Part shown: one piece after another, positions 19,580-29,126 of the stretch | Layout of the letters: each line of letters begins with the position of its first letter | Numbering within the stretch: the stretch's first letter is position 1 | Assembly: GCA_963741955.1 (NCBI GenBank) | Contig: CAVUKB010000004.1 | Location: forward strand, 448,001-512,000 | Direction: 5' to 3' | Source of the DNA: an uncultured Acidobacteriota bacterium | GTDB lineage: Bacteria > Acidobacteriota > Thermoanaerobaculia > Gp7-AA8 | DNA: 64,000 nt | Made by a program: the position numbers and the translations under genes | Notes under the pieces: model-generated | What the model saw: the letters and a program-made list of their open reading frames with translations, nothing else | Database searches by the model: none | What the model was told of the DNA's origin: nothing

Positions 19580-20758
19580 TCAGAGCTTTTCGGTGAGGAT
19601 CGTCTTCGCGATCGTGGCGAGCTGCATGTTCGACGTTCCTTCGTAGATCTTTCCGATCTTCGAATCGCGCCAGAACTTCTCCACCGGATACTCCTTCGTG
19701 TAGCCGTTCCCGCCGAAGATCTCCACGACCAGCGATGTCACGTGCTCGCAGACCTGTGACGAGAAGAGCTTGGCCATCGCCGCCTCCCGGACGAACGGCT
19801 GACCTGCATCCTTGAGCCGCGCGGCGTTGTAGACCATCAGACGGGCCGCTTCGAGATCCGTCGCGGCCTGGGCGATCTGGAACTGGATGCCCTGGAAATC
19901 GGCGATCGGTTTTCCGAACTGGCGTCGTTCCTTCGAGAACGCGACCGCGTGCTCGAGCGCACCGCGCGCGATGCCGATCATCTGCGCCCCGATGCCGATC
20001 CGTCCTTCGTTCAGCGTCTCGATGGCGATCTTGTAGCCGCGACCGACTTCGCCGAGGACGTTCTCCTTCGGGACGTGGCACTCTTCGAGAATCAGCTCGC
20101 AGGTGGAAGAGGCGCGGATGCCGGTCTTGTCTTCCTTCTTACCGACAGTGAAGCCGGGGAAGTCACGTTCGATGAGGAACGCGGTGATTCCCTTGTATCC
20201 GGCGTCGGGATTCGCGTTGGCGAAGACGATGAAGAGCTGAGCCTCGCCGGCGTTGGTGATCCAGAGCTTCTGGCCGTTGAGAACCCAGTGGTCACCCTTG
20301 TCCGCTGCCTTGCAGGAGAGGGCGAACGCGTCGGAGCCCGAACCGGCCTCGGAGAGTGCGTATGCGCCGACCCACTCGCTGGCGAGCTTCGAGAGGTACT
20401 TCGCCTTCTGATCTTCCGAGCCCCAACGGATCACGGCATTGTTGACCAGAGTGTTCTGCACGTCGACCAGAACGCCGCAGGAGGCGTCGACGTGCGAGAG
20501 CTCCTCGACGACCAGGACCGCGTTGAAGAAGCTCGATCCGGCGCCGCCGAACTGTTCCGGTGTTTCGATCCCCATGATTCCGAGCTCGAAGAAGCTGCGA
20601 ACCAGATCGGGATCCATCTTCGCATCGTGATCCATCTTGTGGACCAGCGGGCGGATTTTCTCGACGGCGAAATCGCGCACGCTTTCCTGGAACATCTGCT
20701 CTTCCTCTGAGAGGGAGGTCAGGGGAAGGTGGGTTGTTTCGAGAGTTTCGACAGACAT
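19580..20758 (-). CDS. Acyl-CoA dehydrogenase (short/branched-chain type)
   Basis: ALSEAGSGSD, LNGQKLWITNA, GRIGIGAQ, RRQFGKPI, FGGNGY, KIYEGTSNMQ. Confidence 0.95.
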   Translation of the reverse strand: MSVETLETTHLPLTSLSEEEQMFQESVRDFAVEKIRPLVHKMDHDAKMDPDLVRSFFELGIMGIETPEQFGGAGSSFFNAVLVVEELSHVDASCGVLVDVQNTLVNNAVIRWGSEDQKAKYLSKLASEWVGAYALSEAGSGSDAFALSCKAADKGDHWVLNGQKLWITNAGEAQLFIVFANANPDAGYKGITAFLIERDFPGFTVGKKEDKTGIRASSTCELILEECHVPKENVLGEVGRGYKIAIETLNEGRIGIGAQMIGIARGALEHAVAFSKERRQFGKPIADFQGIQFQIAQAATDLEAARLMVYNAARLKDAGQPFVREAAMAKLFSSQVCEHVTSLVVEIFGGNGYTKEYPVEKFWRDSKIGKIYEGTSNMQLATIAKTILTEKL

Positions 20759-20901
20759 GAGGGGAACCTCCGCGGCGGCCGCGGAGGCGGCCATCCAGTG
20801 ATTTGGAGTGTGATTCTTTCCTGTTTGAAAGAGCGAGTCAACGTCGAGCTCGCAACGGACGGAACCGAGTGATGTCGGTACTTCGGGGACAGCATTGCCG
20901 G

Positions 20902-20990
20902 TGGTGCCCCGGGCCGGAATCGAACCGGCACGCCGCTCACGCGACTCGGGATTTTAAGTCCCGTGCGTCTACCAGTTCCGCCACCGGGGC
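20902..20990 (-). tRNA. tRNA-Leu(TAA)
   Basis: GCCCCGGTGGCGGAACTGGTAGACGC-ACGGGA-CTTAAAA-TCCCG, long variable arm, GGTTCGATTCC, CCA end. Confidence 0.97.
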
Positions 20991-21104
20991 CTTTACTGAA
21001 TCGTGGAGCCTCGAGCGGCGCCGGAATCGTTTCAGTTCGGCAGGACGATGATATCCCAATCCGGACCGGCGCCGGGAGCGCATTCCGAGGAAGGATGGGG
21101 AGGG

Positions 21105-21137
21105 GAAAAATGAAAAGGGCGCCGAAGAACGGCGCCC
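21105..21137 (-). terminator. Intrinsic terminator closing the candidate ncRNA
   Basis: GGGCGCCG-TTCTT-CGGCGCCC-TTTTCATTTTT on minus strand. Confidence 0.85.
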
Positions 21138-21462
21138 ATGGGGTGGGGTTACGAGCTACTTACCCCCGAACTATTAGAATCTTCCATCGAACCTAGTACC
21201 TCCTCCCCACTGAATTTCCGGCGGACCCACGTCAGCGAGACATGCCCGGTGGACGTGCCTCCCACCCCGCCTGCAGCGTGGACCGGATCGACCGCTCCTA
21301 CGCACCCTGTGGTGGAAGGGAGGAGCGGGAACTCGAATTCGTATCAAAGAGCGACGCGCTGCGACACCGGCGGCCACATTGCTGAGAACGCATCCGGCAT
21401 CAGTTCATTCCAACCAATTTCGGGAAGGGGCGTTCGGGAAGTTTTTTTGTACATCGGATTGC
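21113..21462 (-). ncRNA. Candidate structured ncRNA (~350 nt, long rod-like fold; 6S-like or novel)
   Basis: Own extended -10 promoter and terminator, no convincing long ORF, nested 5'/3' complementarity along the whole length. Confidence 0.6.
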
Positions 21463-21468
21463 GAAGAC

Positions 21469-21507
21469 ATTATAGCAACAATTTTTCGCAGCAGTATCAG
21501 AAAAATT
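21469..21507 (-). promoter_or_regulatory. Extended -10 sigma70 promoter with overlapping inverted repeat
   Basis: TGCTATAAT (21477-21469); AATTTTTC-N12-GAAAAATT at 21480-21507. Confidence 0.75.
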
Positions 21508-21557
21508 CGCGACTGCAAAACTGCTCCGGTCCGGTCCGAATGCATCCGTCATACCAG

Positions 21558-21592
21558 AAAAAAGCCGCGGCTCATCGAGGAGCCGCGGCTTT
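21558..21592 (-). terminator. rpoD intrinsic terminator
   Basis: AAAGCCGCGGCTC-CTCGAT-GAGCCGCGGCTTTTTT on minus strand. Confidence 0.88.
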
Positions 21593-21617
21593 CGATTCTG
21601 TCATTCAGTGACGCCGA

Positions 21618-23390
21618 TCAGAACGTGGCGTCGAGAAAGGGCCGGAGCTTCTTCGACCGCGACGGATGACGGAGCTTGCGGAGCGCCTTCGACTCGATCT
21701 GCCGGATCCGCTCACGGGTGACGTTGAACGAGCGGCCGACTTCCTCCAGGGTGTGCTCGGAGCCGTCGCCGACGCCGAAGCGCATCTTCAGGACCTGCTC
21801 CTCGCGCGGAGTGAGGGTCCGAAGCACCTTGTTCGTCTGCTCCTTGAGGTTCGACACGATCACGTGATCGATCGGTGAGACCGCGCTGCGGTCTTCGATG
21901 AAATCGCCGAGATGCGAATCTTCCTCTTCGCCGATCGGCGTCTCGAGGGAGATCGGCTCCTGGGCGATCTTCATGATCTTCCGCACCTTGCTGACCACCA
22001 TGTCCATCCGCTCCGCGATCTCCTCGGCGTTCGGCTCGCGGCCGAGCTCCTGAACCAGAGCGCGCGAAGTGCGGGTCAGTTTGTTGATCGTCTCGATCAT
22101 GTGTACCGGAATCCGGATGGTGCGCGCCTGGTCGGCGATCGCGCGGGTGATCGCCTGACGGATCCACCACGTCGCGTACGTCGAGAACTTGTAGCCGCGG
22201 CGGTACTCGAACTTCTCGACCGCTTTCATCAGCCCGATGTTCCCTTCCTGAATCAGGTCGAGAAACTGCAGGCCGCGATTGGTGTACTTCTTGGCGATGG
22301 AGACGACCAGGCGGAGGTTCGCGACGATCAGCTCCTGCTTGGCCTGTTCCGCGTCGTCCTCACCCTGGCGGATCTCCCGGATGGTCTTCTTGATGTCTTC
22401 GTGGGACGAGCCGTACCGCTCCTCGAGCTCGACCAGTCGGTCCTGGTACTTGTGAATGCGGCGCTTGTAGAAGTCGCGACGGGTCTTGTCCTTCTCCCGC
22501 TTGAGCTGCTGGTCGTCGTTGCGGACCATCGCCACGGTCTGGGAGAGCTCGGAGTCGATCTCGCGGAGCTTGTTGATCATCCGATTGCGGGTCTGAGGAG
22601 TGAAGTCGACCCGGCGCATCAGATTCGCGAGATCTTCCTTCCATCGCTCGATGTTGCGCTCGACGGTGGCCGGCTTCTTCGCGTCGGCCAGCTTCGCCTT
22701 GCCGTCCTTGATCTTCCGGTCGAGTTTCGCAATCTGATCGAAGATCTTGGTGATCTCGGCGATCTTGTCGGCGCCGGTCGCATCGCCGTCCATCTCGTCG
22801 TCGTTCGCGGCGAGATTGATCATCTCCTTGAACACCCGCGAATCCTTCCGGGCGCTCTCGTTGATCTTCAGGATCTCTTCGAGAATGATGCGATTCTGCG
22901 AGAGCGCCTTGTAGACGCGGCGCTCGCCGGCTTCGATCCGTTTCGCGATCTCGACCTCTCCCTCGCGATCGAGAAGCTTGACCGTACCCATCTCTCGCAG
23001 GTACATGCGGACCGGGTCGTTGGTCTTGTCGACGATCCCTGCAGCCGCTGCAGCGATCTCGGCCTGGATCTCCTCACGCTGGTCGACTTCCTTCTCTTCG
23101 CCGGAGTCGTCCATCGCCCCTCCCTTCTGGGAAGGGAGCTTCTCCGCGTCTTCGACCACTTCGATGCCGAGGTCGTTGAATCGGATGTAGATCTCGTCGA
23201 GCTCTTCCGGGATACTGGTGACTTCCTCGGGAAGGGTGTCGTAGATCTCGTCGTAGAGGAGGTATCCTTTTTCTTTGCCGATCGAAATGAGCTGTTTGAC
23301 CTCAGCGTACTTCTCTTCCACGCTCACATCGCCGACGCCCTGATCGATTGAATCTTCCAGTTCGAAGTCCGCTGAACCAAGACGTGACAT
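21618..23390 (-). CDS. rpoD: RNA polymerase primary sigma factor
   Basis: Region 1.1 ([12 protein letters not shown]), [63 protein letters not shown]; start uncertain. Confidence 0.97.
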   Translation of the reverse strand: MSRLGSADFELEDSIDQGVGDVSVEEKYAEVKQLISIGKEKGYLLYDEIYDTLPEEVTSIPEELDEIYIRFNDLGIEVVEDAEKLPSQKGGAMDDSGEEKEVDQREEIQAEIAAAAAGIVDKTNDPVRMYLREMGTVKLLDREGEVEIAKRIEAGERRVYKALSQNRIILEEILKINESARKDSRVFKEMINLAANDDEMDGDATGADKIAEITKIFDQIAKLDRKIKDGKAKLADAKKPATVERNIERWKEDLANLMRRVDFTPQTRNRMINKLREIDSELSQTVAMVRNDDQQLKREKDKTRRDFYKRRIHKYQDRLVELEERYGSSHEDIKKTIREIRQGEDDAEQAKQELIVANLRLVVSIAKKYTNRGLQFLDLIQEGNIGLMKAVEKFEYRRGYKFSTYATWWIRQAITRAIADQARTIRIPVHMIETINKLTRTSRALVQELGREPNAEEIAERMDMVVSKVRKIMKIAQEPISLETPIGEEEDSHLGDFIEDRSAVSPIDHVIVSNLKEQTNKVLRTLTPREEQVLKMRFGVGDGSEHTLEEVGRSFNVTRERIRQIESKALRKLRHPSRSKKLRPFLDATF

Positions 23391-23534
23391 ACGTTCCGTA
23401 GCTCCTTCCTCTGGTCGCGCTGAGGCTGTTCTGCCTCGATGGGGCCGCATCCCGGGTGCCGGGCCGCGCGGGCGCGCAGACGCATATTGCGGCCTTTGGG
23501 CGAGGACACCTTCGTAATCGCTGGAGGACAATAA

Positions 23535-25277
23535 TTATTTCAGTTTGTGCAGCTTTCGCGAGAGCTCACTCTTCTCGCCGAGCAGGCGGATCTCCTTCTC
23601 TCCATCACCTTCCCTCTGGGCCTCTTGCAGTGCGCTCTGGATTTCCCGGAGCTGCCGGTTGATGAACCGTCGCTCCAGGTGTTGGATGGTCGTCTCGAGA
23701 GAATCGAAACCACGCTCTTCGCTTTCTTCCCCTAGTGCAATCTCGGAAAGTCGCGTCAGAACAGCCTCGCCCCTAAGATGGGTCGCGATTTTCGAGAAAT
23801 CAAGAGGCTCCGTAGCTGGAAGTGAGTCTTTGATGGTAAGATAGATCGTTTTGCAGGCATCGTCCTCGAAATATTCTTCCCGCAATCTTTCAACCGTTTC
23901 CGCCGGCATCCCATTTCCGAGAACCGCCGCGAGGACTCTTCGCTCGCCATCCGCGACCGGCGCCATCGCGACCTTTTCCCGTGTCGAGCCCTGCCCCCCC
24001 CGCCCTCGAAGCATTGACCAGACCGTCTCGAATTCCAGCCGGAGTCCGTCCGCGATCCGCTGCGCGGCGTCATTTCGCGACACGCCGGTCACCGCCGAGA
24101 GGAGAGGGACGAACGATTCGAGCTTCTCCTGCTTTTCGCGCGATCCCATCGCCGAGGGATTCGGCGCGAACTCCCGGAGCGCGAACTCGAAGACGTCATC
24201 GGCGTTTCCGAGCGCCTCCATGAACGCTTCCAGTCCGTGCTCGCGCAGGTAGCTGTCCGGATCGGAACCGCGCTCCAGCGCGAGCACTTCCACCGCCACC
24301 CCCGCGGAGAGAAGGATCGGTGCGGCGCGGAGTGCGGCCTTGCGTCCGGCATCGTCTCCGTCGTAGGAGATCACCACCCGGCGACAGAGCCGGCCGAGGA
24401 TGCTCGCCTGCGCCGGAGTGAGGGCGGTACCCATCGAAGCGACGACGCCGTTCACTCCTGCTGCGTCGAGAGTGATGCAGTCGAAGTACCCTTCGACCAG
24501 AATCGCGCGATCCATCCGGCGGATCTGATCCTTCGCCCGGTGAAGATTGAACAGTAGCTGCGACTTGTTGAACAGCTGCGATTCCGGCGAGTTGAGATAC
24601 TTCGGATCACTTCCGTCCAGCGACCGTCCGCCGAAGCCGAGGACCGTTCCTGATTCCGAGTGGATCGGAACGATCAGCCGGTTCCGGAAGCGGTCGTAGT
24701 GCCCCGATCCGCTCTTGCGCGGGAGAATCAGCCCGGCCGCTTCGAGCCGCTCGGCGTTGTGCTTCCGTCCGAGCCGCCGCAGGAGATAGTCCCACGCGTC
24801 GGGGGCGTAACCGAACCCGTACTTCTTCCACACTTCCCGCGCGACTCCGCGCGTGGCGAGATATTGAATGGCGGGATTCGGTTCCCACTCCAGCGCCTGG
24901 TGGAACGCTTCTGCAGCTTCCTCGACGATCGATCCGAGCTCGTCGCGCTCCCGGTTCTCCTTCTCCCGCACCCGGCGTTTGGGAAGTTCGATTCCCACCC
25001 GCTCCGCGATGGACGCAACGGCCTCCGGAAACGTCATCCGTTCGGTCAGCATGAGGAACTTGAAAACGTCACCTCCGGCCTGGCAGCCGAAGCAGTAGAA
25101 GAGCCCTTTTTCGCGATCGACCGTGAAGGATGGAGTCTTCTCGCGATGGAACGGACAGAGCCCCTTGTGCCGGCGTCCCGCCGACTTGAGCGGCGTGACC
25201 TGACCGACGATCTCCACCAGGTCGGCCGACTGCCGCACCTGAGAGATGATCGCGTCGTTGAGATCTACGAAAGACAT
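23535..25277 (-). CDS. dnaG: DNA primase
   Basis: CPFHREKTPSF...CFGC zinc finger, YDRFRNR, KYLNSPES, VEGYFD, YDGDDAG, DPD. Confidence 0.97.
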   Translation of the reverse strand: MSFVDLNDAIISQVRQSADLVEIVGQVTPLKSAGRRHKGLCPFHREKTPSFTVDREKGLFYCFGCQAGGDVFKFLMLTERMTFPEAVASIAERVGIELPKRRVREKENRERDELGSIVEEAAEAFHQALEWEPNPAIQYLATRGVAREVWKKYGFGYAPDAWDYLLRRLGRKHNAERLEAAGLILPRKSGSGHYDRFRNRLIVPIHSESGTVLGFGGRSLDGSDPKYLNSPESQLFNKSQLLFNLHRAKDQIRRMDRAILVEGYFDCITLDAAGVNGVVASMGTALTPAQASILGRLCRRVVISYDGDDAGRKAALRAAPILLSAGVAVEVLALERGSDPDSYLREHGLEAFMEALGNADDVFEFALREFAPNPSAMGSREKQEKLESFVPLLSAVTGVSRNDAAQRIADGLRLEFETVWSMLRGRGGQGSTREKVAMAPVADGERRVLAAVLGNGMPAETVERLREEYFEDDACKTIYLTIKDSLPATEPLDFSKIATHLRGEAVLTRLSEIALGEESEERGFDSLETTIQHLERRFINRQLREIQSALQEAQREGDGEKEIRLLGEKSELSRKLHKLK

Positions 25278-25438
25278 GAGAGTGATCGCGGATCGCGGAT
25301 CGAGGATCTGCGATCTGTCGTCGGCTGTCGCTTATCTGTCATCGGTCGTGGCCGAGTGGATTTCCAATAATCTTAATGTCGGATCCGGCGTCTGTCTCAC
25401 GGAGGCGACCGCGAATCGCGATGCTCCGGCCCGCGATC

Positions 25439-27895
25439 TCACGTATCCAGCACGGCGACGGTCGCGCCGTCGCCTCCTTCGCGCTCGTTGCCGGGACGGA
25501 AGGAACGGACGCCGGGATGCGATCGGAGCTGCTCCCGCAGCGCCTTCCGAAGTGTTCCGGTTCCGAAGCCATGGATCAATCGGACCGCGCCGCGTCCCTC
25601 CAGAAGAGAGCGGTCGAGGAACCGATCGGATTCCTCCAGAGCGTCCTCCACCCTCTTGCCGATCAGATTCAGCTCGGCGCTCACCGAAGGCTCGGAGAGT
25701 GGCTCGTCCGATCCGCTCTTCTTTTTCGGGACAGCCGCACGTTTCGCGGCTTCCTTCTTTCCGGCGTTCTGTACCGAGAGAAGATCGTTCCGTTCGACCT
25801 GGATCTTCTTTCCGCCGACTGCAAGGGTGACCCTGTCGCCGTCGATGGCGTCAATCCGCCCCTTGATTCCGAAGTGCCGGTGCTCGACCTCCTGGCCGAT
25901 CTCGATCTGCCCGAGCGGCTCTGCGCGAAACTCCGCCGGCTCGCTCTCTTCGACGATGGTCTCCGCGATCCTGCGCGCGCTCGCGTGCTCGCGCTCCTCG
26001 CGATCGGCCTCGCGCAGCCGGCGCAGCTCGCGGGTGATCCGCGCCGAGACGTCGCTCTTGAACTGCTCCATCTCGCTCCGCATCGCGCGCGCGATGCGGC
26101 TACGCTCCTCATCGAGCTTCGCCCGCTCGGCGGCGTTCTCTTCGAGTCGTTTCGAGAGCTCGTCCCGGTCATGCCGGATCCGTTCTTCAGTGACCACCAC
26201 CTCGGACATCTTCCGTTGAAGCTCCGACACGAGGGCGTCGAGCTCTCCGTAACGCTCACCCAGTCGCGCGCGCGCCGATTCCACGACCGCTCGCGGGAGG
26301 CCCATCATCTGCGCGATGTCGATCGCCCGGCTCCGCCCCGGCACGCCGGGGATGAGCCTGTAAGTCGGACGTCCCGTCGCACCGTCGAACTCCATCGCCG
26401 CGTTCGCGACGTGCACGTCCCCGACTGCGAAGCTCTTCAATGCCGAAAGATGTGTGGTCACGATGGTGAGACATCCGACCCCCACCAGGTGCTCGATCAC
26501 TGCGGCCGCCAGCGCGGAGCCTTCTTCCGGATCCGTTCCGCCGCCCAACTCGTCGAGGAGGACGAGCGAGCGTTCCGTCGCGCGCTCCAGGACGTGCCGC
26601 AGCCGGACCAGGTACGCCGAGAACGTCGACAGGTGTTCGAGGACGTCCTGATCGTCGCCGATCAGAACGAACGAAGAGTCGACGACCGGGACGATCGAAC
26701 CTTCGGCCGCCGGAACGGGGAAACCGGCGGCGGCCATCGCGGTGAGGAGGCCTGCGGTCTTGAGCGCGACGGTCTTCCCTCCCGCGTTCGGACCGGTGAC
26801 CACGAGAGCGCGCTGTTCGGAGAGGACCTCAATGGTCAGCGGCACGACGCTGCTCGCATCGCGCTCACCGAACGCCGTCTCGCGCATCGAGGCGATCCGT
26901 TCGTCGATCAGAGGGTGCCGTGCGTCGATGAGCTTCATCCGCCGCTCGGTGGTGAAGGACGGACGGTTCGCTTCGAGGTGCCGGTGCATCACCGCGCAGG
27001 CCTGAATCCCGTCGAGAATGCCCGCTCCCTCGATCGAGGCGAGGATCTGCGGGGATGCCGCGATCAGGTTCTGCGCGATGTGCCGCGTGATACGCGCGAT
27101 CTCTTCCCGTTCCTGGATCAGCAGCTCCGCCAGATCGTTGTTCGTCTCCACGACCGCCATCGGCTCGATGAAGACCGAAGCGCCCGAGCCGGAGCGTTCA
27201 TGCAGAATTCCCGGAATTTCGCTTCGCCGTTCGGTGCGGACCGGGATGCAGTAGCGGTCGTTACGAAGTGTGACGATCGGATCCTGGATCGCCTCGGCGT
27301 GGCGATTCATCAGATCGCTCAGCGTTTTCTGGATTGCACTCCGCTTCGCATGGATTCGGCTGCGGATCGAGCGGAGCTGCGGCGAAGCGTCGTCCCGGAG
27401 TTTGCCTTCGCGACTGAAAAACTTCCCGATGTTCGAGATCACCGGACCGAGATCTTCGATTCCTTCCGCGATCGGAATCAGATGGGGGAGCGGCGTCGTG
27501 AGCCGGAGGATGGCTTCCCGCACTGCCTGGGTTCCTCGCATCGCGCGGAGCACGATCCACGACTCAGGGATCTCGAGAGGCGCCGATCCGGTCAGCAGAG
27601 CCTCGACGTCCGTCACTCCCGCCAGGGGGAGATATCCTTCCCCGGAGATGAAACGGATCATCTCGCTCAATTCGGCCTGGCGCCGTTCACACTCTTCGAG
27701 CGTCCGTGCCGGCGTGCGGGCGAGAACGGCCCGGCGGCCCGGCTCGCTCTTCGCTTCGAGAGCGACGAGGCGAGCCACACGATCGAATTCGAGAGATTGC
27801 AGCGAAGATGCGGTCCGTCCCGGCGGTTTCGGGCCCTCGGAGCTCACGTCTGCCGAAACCAGGGGACGACTGGTTTCCTTCCTTCGAGGAGCCAC
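25439..27895 (-). CDS. mutS2: MutS2 ATPase with C-terminal KOW and Smr domains
   Basis: ARHPLI, TGPNAGGKT, IGDDQ...LSTFS, LLDELGGGTDPEEG, TTH, GVPGRSRA, IHGFGTG...GGDGAT. Confidence 0.95.
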   Translation of the reverse strand: MAPRRKETSRPLVSADVSSEGPKPPGRTASSLQSLEFDRVARLVALEAKSEPGRRAVLARTPARTLEECERRQAELSEMIRFISGEGYLPLAGVTDVEALLTGSAPLEIPESWIVLRAMRGTQAVREAILRLTTPLPHLIPIAEGIEDLGPVISNIGKFFSREGKLRDDASPQLRSIRSRIHAKRSAIQKTLSDLMNRHAEAIQDPIVTLRNDRYCIPVRTERRSEIPGILHERSGSGASVFIEPMAVVETNNDLAELLIQEREEIARITRHIAQNLIAASPQILASIEGAGILDGIQACAVMHRHLEANRPSFTTERRMKLIDARHPLIDERIASMRETAFGERDASSVVPLTIEVLSEQRALVVTGPNAGGKTVALKTAGLLTAMAAAGFPVPAAEGSIVPVVDSSFVLIGDDQDVLEHLSTFSAYLVRLRHVLERATERSLVLLDELGGGTDPEEGSALAAAVIEHLVGVGCLTIVTTHLSALKSFAVGDVHVANAAMEFDGATGRPTYRLIPGVPGRSRAIDIAQMMGLPRAVVESARARLGERYGELDALVSELQRKMSEVVVTEERIRHDRDELSKRLEENAAERAKLDEERSRIARAMRSEMEQFKSDVSARITRELRRLREADREEREHASARRIAETIVEESEPAEFRAEPLGQIEIGQEVEHRHFGIKGRIDAIDGDRVTLAVGGKKIQVERNDLLSVQNAGKKEAAKRAAVPKKKSGSDEPLSEPSVSAELNLIGKRVEDALEESDRFLDRSLLEGRGAVRLIHGFGTGTLRKALREQLRSHPGVRSFRPGNEREGGDGATVAVLDT

Positions 27896-27900
27896 ACGAC

Positions 27901-27934
27901 AAAGAAAGAGAGGAGCCTTGCGGCTCCTCTCTTC
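27901..27934 (-). terminator. Intrinsic terminator between rpsU and mutS2
   Basis: AAGAGAGGAGCC-GCAA-GGCTCCTCTCTTTCTTT on minus strand. Confidence 0.8.
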
Positions 27935-27956
27935 AACGGTTCTTTTTTGAGACGGA

Positions 27957-28163
27957 TCAATATCCGGTGCGACGTTCCTCGGCCAGCTTACGGAGGACCT
28001 TCTTACGAGCTGCGATCGCTTTCCGCTTCCGCTTCTCGCTCGGCTTCTCGTAGTGCTGCCGTTTCTTCAGCTCCGACAGAATGCCGGATTTCTCGCACTT
28101 CCGTTTGAAGCGCCGTAGCGCATTCTCGAATGATTCGTCTTCTTTGACGACGACGAGAGGCAA
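27957..28163 (-). CDS. rpsU: 30S ribosomal protein S21 (TTG start)
   Basis: [39 protein letters not shown]. Confidence 0.97.
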   Translation of the reverse strand: MPLVVVKEDESFENALRRFKRKCEKSGILSELKKRQHYEKPSEKRKRKAIAARKKVLRKLAEERRTGY

Positions 28164-28221
28164 TTCCCATCCCCCCCTTCTGTGTGGCGCTGGACCTCTC
28201 GAACCACCATGACTCCAGGTG

Positions 28222-28251
28222 ATTCTATTGAACGGTCGGGGCGGTGGTCAA
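28222..28251 (-). promoter_or_regulatory. sigma70 promoter of rpsU operon
   Basis: TTGACC-N18-TAGAAT about 60 nt upstream of rpsU. Confidence 0.7.
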
Positions 28252-28492
28252 TCGAGTTGAAGCCCGAGCTGACCGCCGGCTCATCCCTCAACCGGTGGCG
28301 TTACCGCGAGATTCCCAGCGGTCGATTATTGGTTCAAGACTCTCTGCAGGCGAGACTTACGCGCCTGAATCTCCCGCGGGCGCTCCTGTCGGAGGAAAAA
28401 GGACGGATGCAGATTTTCGAGCTTACCGGCTCCTCGATTCCGAATCCGGTGGGTGATCAGGGCGTCAGGACCGTCGTCCTCGAGTCCGGTGG

Positions 28493-29113
28493 TCAGGCGG
28501 CGAGGAGATGCTCGACCCGGGAGATGATCGCGTCGAGAGCGACCTGATTCTCGCCTCCTTCGGGGATGATCAGATCCGCGTACCTCTTCGACGGTTCGAC
28601 GAATTCTTCGTGCATCGGTCTGACGGTGCGGAGGTATTGGTCGATCACGGATGCGACGGAGCGTCCGCGGGATTCGATGTCCCGCCGAAGCCGCCGGAGG
28701 AACCGGATGTCAGGTGGAGTGTCGACATAGAGCTTGATGTCGATGCGACGCCGGATCTCCGGTTCCGCCAGCACCAGAATGCCTTCGACGATGATCACCT
28801 TGCGCGGGCGAACGAGGCGCGTCTCGGGACAGCGGCTGTGCATGCTGAAGTCGTAGATGGGGACTTCGATCGGTTCACCCGTCATCAGCCGGTCGAGATG
28901 GCGGACCAGGAGCTCGGTCTCCAGCGAGTCGGGATGATCGAAGTTGATCTGGTGTTTCGCCTCCGGGTCGAGACCGGTGAAGTCGCGGTAATAGGAGTCG
29001 TGCGAGACCCATTCGATGCGGTCCCGGCCGACGCGGTCATAGATCGCCTGCGCGACAGTGGTCTTGCCGGAGCCGGTTCCTCCGGCGATGCCGATGATGA
29101 CGGGGCTGCTCAT
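28493..29113 (-). CDS. udk: Uridine kinase
   Basis: IGIAGGTGSGKTT, DSYY, NFDHPD, IVEGIL, RRLRRDI, MHEEFVEPSKRYADLIIPEGG. Confidence 0.96.
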   Translation of the reverse strand: MSSPVIIGIAGGTGSGKTTVAQAIYDRVGRDRIEWVSHDSYYRDFTGLDPEAKHQINFDHPDSLETELLVRHLDRLMTGEPIEVPIYDFSMHSRCPETRLVRPRKVIIVEGILVLAEPEIRRRIDIKLYVDTPPDIRFLRRLRRDIESRGRSVASVIDQYLRTVRPMHEEFVEPSKRYADLIIPEGGENQVALDAIISRVEHLLAA

Positions 29114-29126
29114 GGGGGGAGGATTG

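Noticed and set aside
20902-20990. tRNA genes (also 58649-58725) as island integration sites
   Set aside because: No integrase, no duplicated tRNA 3' end, and flanking genes are housekeeping
21311-21340. tRNA/tmRNA-like 3' end (TTCGAGTTCCCGCTCCTCCCTTCCACCA, minus strand)
   Set aside because: No proper T-arm or matching acceptor 5' strand, and no tag ORF ending in ALAA-like residues; the segment fits better as the apical hairpin of the rod
21138-21669. ORF-track ORFs 21138-21611(+), 21174-21377(-), 21379-21669(+)
   Set aside because: No SD, atypical composition, no motifs; the plus-strand ORFs run against the promoter/terminator polarity
25376-28108. Long antisense ORFs (910 aa here; 966 aa at 47452-50352; many others)
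   Set aside because: Shadow frames of real genes (mutS2, alaS) expected in high-GC DNA; no motifs
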